Shown one piece after another: positions 1-10,567 of a stretch of DNA of 64,000 nt. Each line of letters starts with the position of its first letter. Position 1 is the stretch's first letter. This DNA is from Alphaproteobacteria bacterium (GTDB lineage Bacteria > Pseudomonadota > Alphaproteobacteria > UBA6615): positions 23,030 to 87,029 of the forward strand of contig SHWB01000004.1 in NCBI GenBank assembly GCA_009691025.1, in the 5' to 3' direction. A program made the translations under genes and the position numbers. The notes beneath the pieces are model-generated. The model was given only the letters and a program-made list of their open reading frames with translations. It ran no database searches and was not told the DNA's origin.

Positions 1-77
1 CGTTTCTCGCGCCGGGACTTGCCCGGCAGCGCCGTCCGTGCTTCGACTGCTGCGTCACCGCGCCGCGAGGATCGGCC

Positions 78-1334
78 ATGCGCATCGCCGTCGTCGTCAA
101 GGGTTACCCGCGCCTGTCGGAAACCTTCATCGCCCAGGAGATCCGGGGCCTGGAGCGGCGCGGCCTCGCGCTGACGATCGTTTCCCTGCGCCAGCCGACC
201 GATGGTGCGGTCCATCCGGTGCATCGCGAGATACAGGCGCCCGTCCTGTATTTGCCCGAATATTTGTGGCGGGCGCCGCGCCGCGTGCTTGCCGGCTGGC
301 GCGTGGCCCGCCGCCTGCCGGGATACCGGAAGGCGCGGGTCCTGTTTCTCGCCGATCTGCGGCGCGATCCGACGCCGAACCGCATCCGGCGCTGGGGTCA
401 GGCGCTGGTGCTGGCGGCCGAGCTGGCGGAGGATGTCGGCCTGCTCTACGTCCACTACCTGCACACCCCGGCCTCGGTCGGCCGCTATGCCGGCGCCCTG
501 CGCGGCCTGCCCTGGGGCGTGTCCGCCCACGCCAAGGACATCTGGACGACGCCTGACCGCGAGATCGCAAACAAAATGGCCAATGCCGCCTTCGCCGTGA
601 CCTGCAGTGCCTACGGCCAGGCTCGTCTTGCGGCGCTTGCCGACCGGCCGGACAGGGTGGCGCTGGTCCACCACGGCCTCGATCTAGTGCGCTTTCCGCG
701 TCGGTCAGCGCGCGCGGACCGACGCGGCGGCAGCGACCCCGCCGCACCTGTACGGATATTATCCGTCGCCCGGCTGGTGGAGAAGAAAGGTACCGATGAC
801 CTGCTCGACGCGCTGGCCCTGTTGCCGCGCGACCTCCACTGGCGGCTGGTGCAGATCGGCGGCGGCCCACTGGGCAAAGCCCTGAAGTGTCAGGCGCTGA
901 GGCTCGGCATTGCCGACCGCATCGAGTGGCGCGGCCGGCAGCCGCAGGAGGGCGTGCTGGCGGCGCTGGCGGCGACGGATATTTTCGTGCTGGCCAGCCG
1001 CGTCGCCCGCAGCGGAGACCGCGACGGCCTGCCCAACGTGCTGATGGAGGCGCAGAGCCAGCGCGTCGCAGTGCTGGCCACTGATGTCGCAGCGATCCCC
1101 GAACTGGTCGAGGATGGTGTTACCGGCACCCTCGTGCCGCCGGACGAGCCGGCTGCACTGGCCGCCGCGCTCTCTGCGCTGATTGCCGATCCGGCGCGAC
1201 GCGATGCTCTTGCCGATGCTGGCGAGCAGCGTGTTCGGAAAGATTTCGACGCCGCCGCGGGAATCGACCGTATCGCTGCCCTGCTGCGCACCCACCTGCC
1301 CGTGGCGACGGCAGCGGCGCGCGCCGCCGAGTAG
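78..1334 (+). CDS. GT4-family (GT-B) glycosyltransferase, WcaL-like
   Basis: N-terminal KGYPRLSETFI, C-terminal ARLVEKKG and DGLPNVLMEA motifs of GT4 enzymes. Confidence 0.9.
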   Translation: MRIAVVVKGYPRLSETFIAQEIRGLERRGLALTIVSLRQPTDGAVHPVHREIQAPVLYLPEYLWRAPRRVLAGWRVARRLPGYRKARVLFLADLRRDPTPNRIRRWGQALVLAAELAEDVGLLYVHYLHTPASVGRYAGALRGLPWGVSAHAKDIWTTPDREIANKMANAAFAVTCSAYGQARLAALADRPDRVALVHHGLDLVRFPRRSARADRRGGSDPAAPVRILSVARLVEKKGTDDLLDALALLPRDLHWRLVQIGGGPLGKALKCQALRLGIADRIEWRGRQPQEGVLAALAATDIFVLASRVARSGDRDGLPNVLMEAQSQRVAVLATDVAAIPELVEDGVTGTLVPPDEPAALAAALSALIADPARRDALADAGEQRVRKDFDAAAGIDRIAALLRTHLPVATAAARAAE

Positions 1335-1346
1335 GAGGAGGGCAGG

Positions 1347-2501
1347 ATGCGTGTCGCTTTCTATGCGCCAATGAAGGCGCCGGACGACCCCGTGCCCTCG
1401 GGCGACCGCACCATCAGCCGGCTGTTCCTGCGCGCGCTGGAGGTCGCCGGCCACGAGGCCGAGGTCGTCTGCCATTTCCGCTCGCGCGACGGGGCCGGCG
1501 ACGCCGCCCGGCAGGCACGGCTCGGCGCGCTCGGCCGGCGCCTCGCCGAGAAACTGGCCGAGCGGCTGGCGCGCCGGCCGGTCGAGCTGCAGCCGCGTGC
1601 CTGGCTGACCTACCACGTCTACCACAAGGCGCCGGACTGGCTCGGTCCGGCGATCGCCGACGCGCTCGACATCCCCTATCTGATCGCCGAGGCGTCGAGC
1701 GCGCCCAAGCAGGCGGGCGGAAAGTGGGCCATCGGGTATCGCGCCGCCAACGACGCCATAGCGCGCGCCGACGCCGTGCTGTCGCTCAATTCGGACGACC
1801 TCAACTGCCTCTCTCCGGTGGTGCGCCAGCCCGTGCTGATGCGCCGGCTGTGGCCGTTCATCGACACCGCGCCCTTCAGCGCCGCCGCCGCCCACCGGGC
1901 CGAGCATCGTGCCGCGCTGGCGCGCAGCCATGGCCTCGACCCGGCCCGGCCATGGCTGCTGGCCGTCGGCATGATGCGGCCGGGCGACAAGGAGGCGTCG
2001 TTCCGCCGTCTCGCCGCGGCGCTGGTGAGGCTGCAGGACCGCGATTGGCACCTGCTGGTGGCCGGCGACGGGCCGGCGCGTGGCGAGATCGTACGCGTAC
2101 TGGAGGCGGCGATCCCGGGGCGTACGAGCCATCTGGGACTGGTTCCGGAAGGCGATCTACCGGGCCTGAATGCCGCCTGCGACCTGCTGACCTGGCCGGC
2201 GGTGCGCGAGGCCTTCGGCATGGCGCTGGTCGAGGCCCAGGCCGCCGGCCTGCCCGTCGTGGCCTGCGCAACGCGCGGCGTGCCCGACATCGTCTCGGGC
2301 GGCATCAGCGGCCTGCTTCCCGAGCCCGACGACGACGCGGCCTTCGCGCAGGCGGTGGCGAGGCTGCTCGACAACCCGGCGCGCCGGGCGGAGATGGGCC
2401 GCGTCGCCGGCCGCCTCGCCGCCGAGCGCCACGACATTTCGGGCGCGGCCACCCTGCTCGACGCGACGCTGTCGGTACTGCGCCACAAGCGGCTGAACTG
2501 A
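1347..2501 (+). CDS. GT4-family glycosyltransferase
   Basis: AGGAGG RBS; EAFGMALVEAQAAGLPVV GT4 motif. Confidence 0.9.
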   Translation: MRVAFYAPMKAPDDPVPSGDRTISRLFLRALEVAGHEAEVVCHFRSRDGAGDAARQARLGALGRRLAEKLAERLARRPVELQPRAWLTYHVYHKAPDWLGPAIADALDIPYLIAEASSAPKQAGGKWAIGYRAANDAIARADAVLSLNSDDLNCLSPVVRQPVLMRRLWPFIDTAPFSAAAAHRAEHRAALARSHGLDPARPWLLAVGMMRPGDKEASFRRLAAALVRLQDRDWHLLVAGDGPARGEIVRVLEAAIPGRTSHLGLVPEGDLPGLNAACDLLTWPAVREAFGMALVEAQAAGLPVVACATRGVPDIVSGGISGLLPEPDDDAAFAQAVARLLDNPARRAEMGRVAGRLAAERHDISGAATLLDATLSVLRHKRLN

Positions 2502-2505
2502 GGCT

Positions 2506-3081
2506 ATGACCATTGTCGCCTTCGTCCGCCACGGCCCGACCGGCTGGAACGCCGAGGGGCGCCTGCAGGGCCGCGCTAACATTCCGCTGAGTGCGGCCGG
2601 GCGGCGCATGGTGGAAGGCTGGCGCATACCGCCCGATATCGACGGCTTTGCGGTGCTGGCAAGCCCTCTGGGCCGGGCACGCGAAACGGCGGCGATCCTC
2701 GGCCACCACGCGCCGGAGATCGACCCGCGCCTGGTCGAGCGCGACTGGGGCGAGTGGAGCGGCCGGCTGCGCGCCGATTGCCAGCCCAACATCGATACCA
2801 TGGGCGGCGAAGACGCGCCCCCGGGCGGCGAAAGCGCCGCCGCCGTGTCCGCGCGCGTCGCCGCGGTCTTCGCCGATATCGCCGCCGCGGGCGCGCCGCG
2901 CCTGATCGTCGCCCATCGCGGCATCATCCGCGCCGCCTACGCCCTGGCGACCGGCTGGGACATGCGCGGCGCACCGCCCGACAAGTTGTCGCGCAAGGCC
3001 GCGCATCTGTTCGTCCTGGCGCCCGACGGCCGGCCGACCGTGCTGCGCCTCAATCTGCGGCTCGACCGGAGCGCCGCATGA
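2506..3081 (+). CDS. Histidine phosphatase (phosphoglycerate mutase family)
   Basis: VRHGPTGWN, SPLGRARETA, ERDWGEW, VAHRG motifs. Confidence 0.9.
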   Translation: MTIVAFVRHGPTGWNAEGRLQGRANIPLSAAGRRMVEGWRIPPDIDGFAVLASPLGRARETAAILGHHAPEIDPRLVERDWGEWSGRLRADCQPNIDTMGGEDAPPGGESAAAVSARVAAVFADIAAAGAPRLIVAHRGIIRAAYALATGWDMRGAPPDKLSRKAAHLFVLAPDGRPTVLRLNLRLDRSAA

Positions 3082-4265
3082 CTCCCCGCCTGCTGTTCTG
3101 GGTGCAGCACCTGCTGGGCATCGGCCATCTGATGCGGGCGACGACGCTGGCGCGCGCCTTCGAGGCGAATGGCTTCGCCGTGACGCTGGTGTCGGGCGGC
3201 ATGGAGGTGCCGGGCTTCGACCCGCGCATCTACCGCTTCGTGCAATTGCCGCCGACGCGGGCCACCGACCGCTATTTCAAGGTGCTGGTCGACGCGCGGG
3301 ACAACCGCATCGACGATGATTGGAAGGCGATGCGCCGCGACCGGCTGCTTTCTGTCCTCGCCGAAACCCGTCCCGATGTCGTGCTGGTCGAGCTTTACCC
3401 CTTCGGGCGGCGGCAGATGCGCTTCGAGGTCGAGCCGCTGCTGGAGGCCGCGCATGCCCTGCCTGCACGGCCCCTGATCGTCTCCTCCGTGCGCGACATC
3501 CTGGTCGAGCCGGACAAGCCCGAGCGCATCGACGAGATGGTGGCGCGCCTGCGCCGCTTCTTCGACCTCGTGCTGGTGCATGGCGACGGGGCCTTCATCC
3601 CCTTAGAGACCACCTTCCCGCGGCTGGCCGAGATCGCCGATATGGCGCGCTACACCGGCTACGTCGTAGACCCGCCGCCGCCGCGCGAAGGGCCGGGCGC
3701 GCCAGGCTGGGGCGAGGTAATCGTGTCGACCGGCGGCGGCGCCGTCGGCAGCGAGCTGATCGAGGCGGCGCTGGCGGCGCGGCCCCTGACGATGCTGGCC
3801 GCGGCGCCGTGGCGGATGCTTGCCGGCCACAATCTTCCCGACGACCGCTTCGCGGCACTGGTCGCCGCCGCGCCGCCGGGCGTGGTGGTCGAGCGGGCGC
3901 GCACCGATTTCCGCCGCCTCGTCGCCAATTGCCGGCTGTCGGTAAGCCAGGGCGGCTACAACACGGTGATGGAAGTGCTCGCGGCCGGCGTGCCGGCCGT
4001 CGCCGTGCCCTATGCCGGCGGCCTCGAAAGCGAGCAGACGCTGCGCTGCGGCCTGCTGGCCGACCGCGGCGCGCTGCAGGTCGTCGCCGAACGCGCCATG
4101 ACACCGGCCAGCCTCGCCGCCGCGATCGACCGCGCGGCGGCCGTGCCGCCCGGCAGCGTCACGCTCGACACCGCCGGAGCGGCACGCTCGGCTGCGCTGG
4201 TGAAGGATGCGCTAGCGGCGTTGCGGCTGCGCGCGGGCTTTCATCCTGAGCCTGTCGAAGGATGA
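3078..4265 (+). CDS. GT-B glycosyltransferase with GT28-like C-terminal domain
   Basis: ATGA overlap with upstream gene; QHLLGIGH and SQGGYNTVMEV motifs; last codons and stop come from a repeat copy. Confidence 0.85.
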   Translation: MTPRLLFWVQHLLGIGHLMRATTLARAFEANGFAVTLVSGGMEVPGFDPRIYRFVQLPPTRATDRYFKVLVDARDNRIDDDWKAMRRDRLLSVLAETRPDVVLVELYPFGRRQMRFEVEPLLEAAHALPARPLIVSSVRDILVEPDKPERIDEMVARLRRFFDLVLVHGDGAFIPLETTFPRLAEIADMARYTGYVVDPPPPREGPGAPGWGEVIVSTGGGAVGSELIEAALAARPLTMLAAAPWRMLAGHNLPDDRFAALVAAAPPGVVVERARTDFRRLVANCRLSVSQGGYNTVMEVLAAGVPAVAVPYAGGLESEQTLRCGLLADRGALQVVAERAMTPASLAAAIDRAAAVPPGSVTLDTAGAARSAALVKDALAALRLRAGFHPEPVEG

Positions 4266-4370
4266 GCCGGGCGGCGACATTGCGATTCGCCCAACTTGCC
4301 GCCTTACGCCGTTCGCAACGACCGTCTATTCTGCGCTCAGCTCCGGGACGGGGAGCGCGGGAGTAGTGAC

Positions 4371-5162
4371 GTGGCGACGCTCGTTGCCGATAACAGGACG
4401 ACCGAGGGAGGCACGGCGGGCTGGGCCGCGCTGACCGCCGAACTCGACCGCTGGTGCGCCGCCGGGCGTGTCGGCACCTTCTGGTGGCGCGACGACGATG
4501 CGCGCTCGACCGGGCCGGCGCTCGACCGTCTGCTGGCGCTTCGTCGCGCGGCCGGCGTGCCGCTGGCGCTTGCCGTCGTGCCCTGGGGCGCGGATCGCGC
4601 GCTTGCCCGACGCCTTTCCGGCGAGCTGGACATCGCCGTGTTGCAACATGGCTGGGCCCATACCAACATCGCGCATCCCGGCGACCGCAAGATCGAGCTG
4701 GGCACAACGCGGCCTGCAGCCCATATCGCCGCCGAACTGGCCATGGGCCTCGATACGCTGGCGAACTGGTCGGGCTTCGTGCCGGTGCTGGTGCCGCCGT
4801 GGAGCCGCATCGCGCCAATCCTCGTTCCCCTGCTTCCCGAACTGCATTTCACCGGCCTGTCGACGGCGAAGCCGCGCGCGCGCCTTCATCCCGTGCGCGG
4901 CCTAGTGCAGTCGAACACCCATGTCGATCCTATCGACTGGTCAACCCGCGCCTTCGCCGGCGAGGCGCGCGCACTCGACGCCGCGACCGCCCATCTCGCG
5001 GCGCGCCGTCTGCGCACAGTCGACGCCGACGAGCCGACCGGCCTGCTGACTCACCACCTCGTTCAGGACGAGGCGACCTGGTCCTTCGTCGCCCGCTTCC
5101 TCGACGCTACCGCCGCGCAGGGCGCACGCTGGCTTTCCGCCGCCCGGGTGTTCACAGCATGA
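4371..5162 (+). CDS. Polysaccharide deacetylase (NodB-like) family protein
   Basis: WWRDDD, QHGWAH, VPPW and LTHH motifs; start codon uncertain. Confidence 0.75.
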   Translation: MATLVADNRTTEGGTAGWAALTAELDRWCAAGRVGTFWWRDDDARSTGPALDRLLALRRAAGVPLALAVVPWGADRALARRLSGELDIAVLQHGWAHTNIAHPGDRKIELGTTRPAAHIAAELAMGLDTLANWSGFVPVLVPPWSRIAPILVPLLPELHFTGLSTAKPRARLHPVRGLVQSNTHVDPIDWSTRAFAGEARALDAATAHLAARRLRTVDADEPTGLLTHHLVQDEATWSFVARFLDATAAQGARWLSAARVFTA

Positions 5163-5701
5163 CGCTGCTGCGCTACCCCGTGCGCGCGCTGGCCGGAGAC
5201 TATGCGCGCGCGACCGTCGGGGTCATGCTGTGCGGAGGCGGCGCATTGCTGGCACCGCCCGTCAGCGCGGCCTTCTGGATCCTCGCGGCGCTTGCCGCCT
5301 TGTTCGCCGGCTCCGCCGCCTGGACGGCGCTGCGCCACGCCACCGCCGTGGTGCTGGACCCCGGCGGCGTCGCAGCCGCCGGGCCGCGCCCGGCGCGCAT
5401 CGACTGGCCGGCGCTCGATCGCGTGCGGCTCGCCTATTATTCGACGCGGCGCGACCGCAGCAATGGCTGGATGCAGCTGACGCTCGGCGCCGGGCGTACG
5501 AGGCTGCGGCTCGACTCCGCGCTCGACGATTTCCCTCTCGTCGTCGCCGCCGCCTCGCGTGCCGCCAACATGAACGGACTCGCGCTGTCAGCCGCCACAC
5601 GGGCCAATATCGAAGCGCTAGGCCAGCAGGCGCCGGGGCCGCGCGCGCCGGCGGCGCTGCCAGGTGGCGGCTGGGGCGACCCGGCGGAGTGGCGGCGATG
5701 A
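5159..5701 (+). CDS. Small membrane protein (two TM segments plus soluble C-terminal domain), unknown function
   Basis: ATGA overlaps at both ends; hydrophobic hairpin near the N terminus. Confidence 0.75.
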   Translation: MTLLRYPVRALAGDYARATVGVMLCGGGALLAPPVSAAFWILAALAALFAGSAAWTALRHATAVVLDPGGVAAAGPRPARIDWPALDRVRLAYYSTRRDRSNGWMQLTLGAGRTRLRLDSALDDFPLVVAAASRAANMNGLALSAATRANIEALGQQAPGPRAPAALPGGGWGDPAEWRR

Positions 5702-7590
5702 GCGACCTCCTCCGCGTCGACAACCTTACCGTCGACTTCGCGCTGCACGGCGGCACGCTGCGCGCGCTCGACGGCGTGTCGTTCCGCATCCGCCCGGGCG
5801 GCACCACGGCGCTGGTCGGCGAGTCCGGCTCCGGCAAGTCGGTCACCAGCCAGGCCATCATGCGCATCCTGCCGCCGAGCGCGCGCATCGCCGGTGGCCG
5901 CATCCTGTTCGACGACCCGACCCGGACCCACGAGCCGGTCCTCGACCTCGCCGCGCTGCCGGAGGGCGGCAAGACCGTGCGCTCGATCCGTGGCGGGCGC
6001 ATCTCGATGATTTTCCAGGAGCCGATGACCTCGCTGTCGCCGTTGCACACGGTGGGCGACCAGGTGAGCGAAGCGCTGTTCCTGCACCGCGAGGTCGACA
6101 GGGGAACCGGTCTCGAGCTGACACGGGAGATGCTGCGGCTGGTCGGCTTTCCCGATCCGGCGCGCGCCATGCGCACCTATCCGTTCGAACTGTCGGGCGG
6201 GCTGCGCCAGCGCGCGATGATCGCCATGGCGCTGGTCTGCCGGCCGGCGCTTCTCGTAGCCGACGAGCCGACGACGGCGCTCGACGTCACCATCCAGGCG
6301 CAGATCCTGAAGCTGATCAAGGATCTGCAGGCCGAGCTGGGCATGGCGGTGCTGATCATCACCCACGATCTCGGCGTCGTCGCCAACATGGCCGACGAGG
6401 TGGTGGTGATGTTCCGCGGCCGCGTCGTCGAATCCGGCACGCTGGAGGACCTCTACGGCGCGCCGCGTCACCCCTATCTCAAGGCGCTGCTCGCCGCCGT
6501 GCCGCGCTTCCACATGCAGCCGGGCGAGCGGCTGGTGCCGCTGCGCGCGATCGTGGCCGAGCCCGGGAAGCTGATCGACGCGCGCGAGGCCTGGCCGGAA
6601 GGCGGCGACGCCGCCGGACCGTTGCTCAGGGTCGAGGGGCTGACCAAGAGCTTCCGTATCCGCAAGGGAAGCTGGTTCGGCCCGCGCGAGGAGCGCGCCG
6701 TGATCGCGGTCGAGGACGTGTCGTTCGAGGTACGGCGCGGCGAATGCCTCGGCCTCGTCGGCGAATCCGGCTGCGGCAAGACGACGACCTCGAAGCTGAT
6801 CATGCGCGCGCTGGCGCCCGACGACGGCTCCATCACCTTCAACGACCGCGGCCGCAAGGTCGACCTGCTGGCGCTGAGGGGCGACGCGCTCAAGGCTTTC
6901 CGCCGCCGCGTCCAGTTCATCTTCCAGGACCCGTTCGGCTCGCTCAACCCACGCATGACGATGTTCGACATCCTGTCCGAGCCGCTGGTCATCCACGGTC
7001 TCGGCAATGCCGCAAGCCGGGCCGAGACGGTGCGTGAACTGATGCGTCTCGTCGGACTGGACCCGCGCTTGCTCAACCGCTATCCGCACAGCTTATCCGG
7101 CGGCCAGCGCCAGCGCATCGGCATCGCGCGCGCGCTGGCCCTGCAGCCCGATCTGCTGATCTGCGACGAGCCGGTCTCGGCGCTCGACGTGTCAATCCAG
7201 GCGCAGATCCTCAACCTGCTGAAGGATCTCAAGTCACGGCTCGGCCTGACCTACCTGTTCATCAGCCACAACCTCGCCGTCATCAACTACATCGCGGATC
7301 GCATCGCCGTGATGTGCGCCGGCCGGCTAGTCGAACTGGCCCCGCGCGAGGCGCTGTTCCGCAACCCCGTGCATCCCTATACCCAGGCCCTGCTGTCGGC
7401 CGTGCCCGAGCCCGACCCGGACCACCGCCTCGACCTGCGCGCGCTGATGGAGGGCCGCGCCTCCGACCCGTCGGCATGGCCGGCGCCTTTCACCATCGAC
7501 GGTGCGACACGGCCACGCCTCGTCTCGCTCGGCAACGGCCATTTCGTGCGCGCCGACCCTGAATCCGGAACGCTGGCGGCGGTGGCATGA
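5698..7590 (+). CDS. Dipeptide/oligopeptide-type ABC transporter ATP-binding protein, fused double NBD
   Basis: Two Walker A ([16 protein letters not shown]), two LSGG signatures, two DEP Walker B and HPY motifs. Confidence 0.95.
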   Translation: MSDLLRVDNLTVDFALHGGTLRALDGVSFRIRPGGTTALVGESGSGKSVTSQAIMRILPPSARIAGGRILFDDPTRTHEPVLDLAALPEGGKTVRSIRGGRISMIFQEPMTSLSPLHTVGDQVSEALFLHREVDRGTGLELTREMLRLVGFPDPARAMRTYPFELSGGLRQRAMIAMALVCRPALLVADEPTTALDVTIQAQILKLIKDLQAELGMAVLIITHDLGVVANMADEVVVMFRGRVVESGTLEDLYGAPRHPYLKALLAAVPRFHMQPGERLVPLRAIVAEPGKLIDAREAWPEGGDAAGPLLRVEGLTKSFRIRKGSWFGPREERAVIAVEDVSFEVRRGECLGLVGESGCGKTTTSKLIMRALAPDDGSITFNDRGRKVDLLALRGDALKAFRRRVQFIFQDPFGSLNPRMTMFDILSEPLVIHGLGNAASRAETVRELMRLVGLDPRLLNRYPHSLSGGQRQRIGIARALALQPDLLICDEPVSALDVSIQAQILNLLKDLKSRLGLTYLFISHNLAVINYIADRIAVMCAGRLVELAPREALFRNPVHPYTQALLSAVPEPDPDHRLDLRALMEGRASDPSAWPAPFTIDGATRPRLVSLGNGHFVRADPESGTLAAVA

Positions 7591-9555
7591 AGGCGCTCGC
7601 ACAATTCCTTCACCCTCTCCGTCCCCCGTGGCGGAGAGGGTGTATCGAACAGGCGTCGTCGGCTTCGCCTCTTCGCCCTGGCATTAATTTTATCCGCCGC
7701 CGCCGCTCCGCCTGCTGCCACCGACTGGAAGGAGCCGCCCTTCCTCGCCGCACGCGTCGCCGCCGGCCAGCTGCCGCCCGTCGCCGAGCGGCTGCCTGCC
7801 GCGCCGCGCGTGGTCGAGATGGAGAAGACCGGGGCATACGGCGGCGATCTGCGCATCGCCATGCCGCGGGCGCGCGACACGCGCATGATGGCGGTCTACG
7901 GCTATGCCCGCCTAGTCGGCTACGACCGCGACTACAATCTCGTGCCCGACATCCTCGAACGCGTCGACAGCGAGGAGGGCCGCGTCTTCACCTTCCATCT
8001 GCGGCCGGGCCACAGATGGTCCGACGGCCATCCCTTCACCGCCGAGGATTTCCGCTACTGGTGGGAAGACGTCGCCAACGACAAGGATCTGGCGCCGTTC
8101 GGCCCGCCGCCCTTCATGAAGGTCGACGACAGGCTACCCGCGTTCACGGTGATCGACGCGACCACCGTGCGCTACGCTTGGGACGCCCCCAATCCGCTGT
8201 TCCTGCCGGCGCTGGCCGCGGCGCGCGACCCCTACATCTACCGGCCCGCCCATTACCTCAAGCCGTTCCACGCGAAATACGCCGGCCGCGAGGCGATGGA
8301 GGAGGAGGCGAAGAAGCGCCGGCTGCGCAGCTGGGCGGCGCTGCACAACAACCGCGACAACCTCTACGACCTCGACAATCCCGACCTGCCGACGCTTAAC
8401 CCGTGGCTGAACACGGTGCGGCCGCCCTCGCAGCAGTTTCCCTTCCTGCGCAATCCGTATTTCCACCGCGTCGACAGCGCTGGCCATCAGCTGCCCTATA
8501 TCGACCGCGTGCTGATGGGCATCGCCGACGGCAAGCTGATCGCCGCCAAGGCCGGCGCCGGCGAACTGGATTTGCAGGCGCGCAACCTGTTCATGACCCA
8601 TATCCCGTTCCTGCGGCATGCCGGCGGCGGCCAGCGCTTCCGCACCTGGCTGTGGCGCGAATCGCTGGGCGCGCGCGTCGCGCTGTTTCCCAACCTCAAC
8701 GTCGCCGACCCGGGATGGCGCGCGCTGTTCCGCGACGTACGCGTGCGCCGCGCCCTGTCGCTCGCCATCGACCGCGAGGAGATCAACCAGGTCATCTTCT
8801 TCGGGCTCGGCAAGGCGTCGCAGAACACCGTGACCGAGGGCAGTCCGATGTTCCGCGGCGATTACCGCGACGCCTGGGCGGCCTTCGACCCAAAGCAGGC
8901 GGATGCATTGCTCGACGCCGCCGGGCTCGACAGGCGCGACCGCGACGGCGTGCGCCTGCTGCCCGACGGGCGGCGGGCTGAGATCGTGATCGAGACGGCG
9001 GGCGAGGATTCCGAGCAGGTCGACGTGCTGGAGCTGGTCCACGATTCCTGGCTCGACATCGGCATCAAGCTGCATACCCGCCCGTCGCAGCGCGAGGTGT
9101 TCCGCAACCGCATCTTCGCCGGCGAAACCCAGATGGCCGTATGGTCGGGGGTCGAGAACGGCATCCCGTCGCCGGACATGGACCCGGCCGAATTCGCCCC
9201 GACGCTGCAGGAACAGTACCAGTGGCCGAAATGGGGCCAGTACCGCGAGACGGCCGGCTCCGCCGGCGAGGCGATCGACGTCCCGTCGGCTAAGGCGCTG
9301 TTCAATCTCTACCAGGACTGGCGGCGCGCCACCGGCACGGAGGCGCGCCGCACCATCTGGGAAAAGATGCTGGCGATCCATGCCGAGGAGGTGTTTACAA
9401 TCGGCATCGTCTGCTGCACCAAGCAGCCGGTCGTGGTCGCCAACGGCCTCGCCAACGTGCCGGAGAAGGCCAACTGGGCCTGGGACCCCGGCGGGCATTT
9501 CGGCATCTATTTGCCCGATACCTTCTTCTGGGCCGACGCGGCGACGCGGAAGTGA
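7587..9555 (+). CDS. Family 5 ABC transporter substrate-binding protein; 5' end apparently frameshifted
   Basis: GQLPPVAERLP, WSDGHPFTAED, GHQLPYIDR motifs; signal-peptide-like RRRRLRLFALALILS is in the main frame but the coupled ATG at 7587 is in another frame. Confidence 0.85.
7611..7642. repeat. CCCTCTCC...GGAGAGGG palindromic REP-like element
   Basis: caccctctccg-N10-cggagagggtg inverted repeat. Confidence 0.6.
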
Positions 9556-9568
9556 GGGCGTAACCGAG

Positions 9569-10567
9569 ATGTTCTCCTACCTCGCCAACCGCCTGCTCGT
9601 GATGGTGCCGACGCTGCTGGCCATCAGCGCGCTGGTGTTCATCATCATCCAGTTGCCGCCGGGCGATTATCTCGAGACCATGATCGGCGAGATGAAGGCG
9701 CGCGGCGAGGCGGTCGATTTGGGCCAGATCGAATCCATGCGCCAGCAATTCGGCCTAGACCGTAGCCCGGTCGAACAGTATTTCGCCTGGCTCGGCGGCA
9801 TGCTGCAGGGCGATTTCGGCTGGTCGTTCGAGCATCGCCGGCCGGTCTCCGAACTGATCGGCGAGCGCGTGGCGCTGACCGTCGTCGTCACCGCCGCGAC
9901 CATCATCTTCATCTGGGTCGTCAGCTTCGCCATCGGCACCTTCGTCGCCACGCGCCAGTACAGCGTGTCCGACCACATCGCCACGCTGGGCGGCTATCTC
10001 GGCCTCGCCACACCCAATTTCCTGCTGGCTTTGGTACTGATGTACCTCGCCAGCGAGTGGTTCGGCCTGTCGATCGGCGGCATCATGGACAACGAAGTGC
10101 GCGAGTTGCCCTGGGGCTGGGCGAAGATTTCCTCGGTGCTCGAGCATCTGTGGATTCCGGTCATCGTCATCGGCACCTCGGGCACGGCGGGCATGATCCG
10201 CCGCCTGCGCGCCAATTTGCTCGACGAACTCCAGAAGCAGTACGTCGTCACTGGCCGCGCCAAGGGCCTGCCGCCGACCCGTCTGCTGTGGAAGTACCCG
10301 CTGCGCGTGGCGCTCAACCCGTTCATCGCCGATATCGGCTCGATCCTGCCGGAAGTCGTCTCCGGCTCGGCCATCGTCGCCATCGTGCTCAACCTCGACA
10401 TCACCGGCCGCATGCTGCTCGAGGCGTTGCGCGCGCAGGACATGTACCTCGCCGGCTCGTTCCTGATGTTCCTCGCGCTGCTGGTGGTGATCGGCACGCT
10501 GATCTCCGACCTGCTGCTGGCCCTGCTCGACCCGCGCATCCGTCTCGGCGGGGGCACGACGCGATGA
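9569..10567 (+). CDS. ABC transporter permease (OppB/DppB type)
   Basis: IIQLPPGD, GDFGWS, EAA-like loop QYVVTGRAKGL, C-terminal LDPRIR. Confidence 0.93.
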   Translation: MFSYLANRLLVMVPTLLAISALVFIIIQLPPGDYLETMIGEMKARGEAVDLGQIESMRQQFGLDRSPVEQYFAWLGGMLQGDFGWSFEHRRPVSELIGERVALTVVVTAATIIFIWVVSFAIGTFVATRQYSVSDHIATLGGYLGLATPNFLLALVLMYLASEWFGLSIGGIMDNEVRELPWGWAKISSVLEHLWIPVIVIGTSGTAGMIRRLRANLLDELQKQYVVTGRAKGLPPTRLLWKYPLRVALNPFIADIGSILPEVVSGSAIVAIVLNLDITGRMLLEALRAQDMYLAGSFLMFLALLVVIGTLISDLLLALLDPRIRLGGGTTR

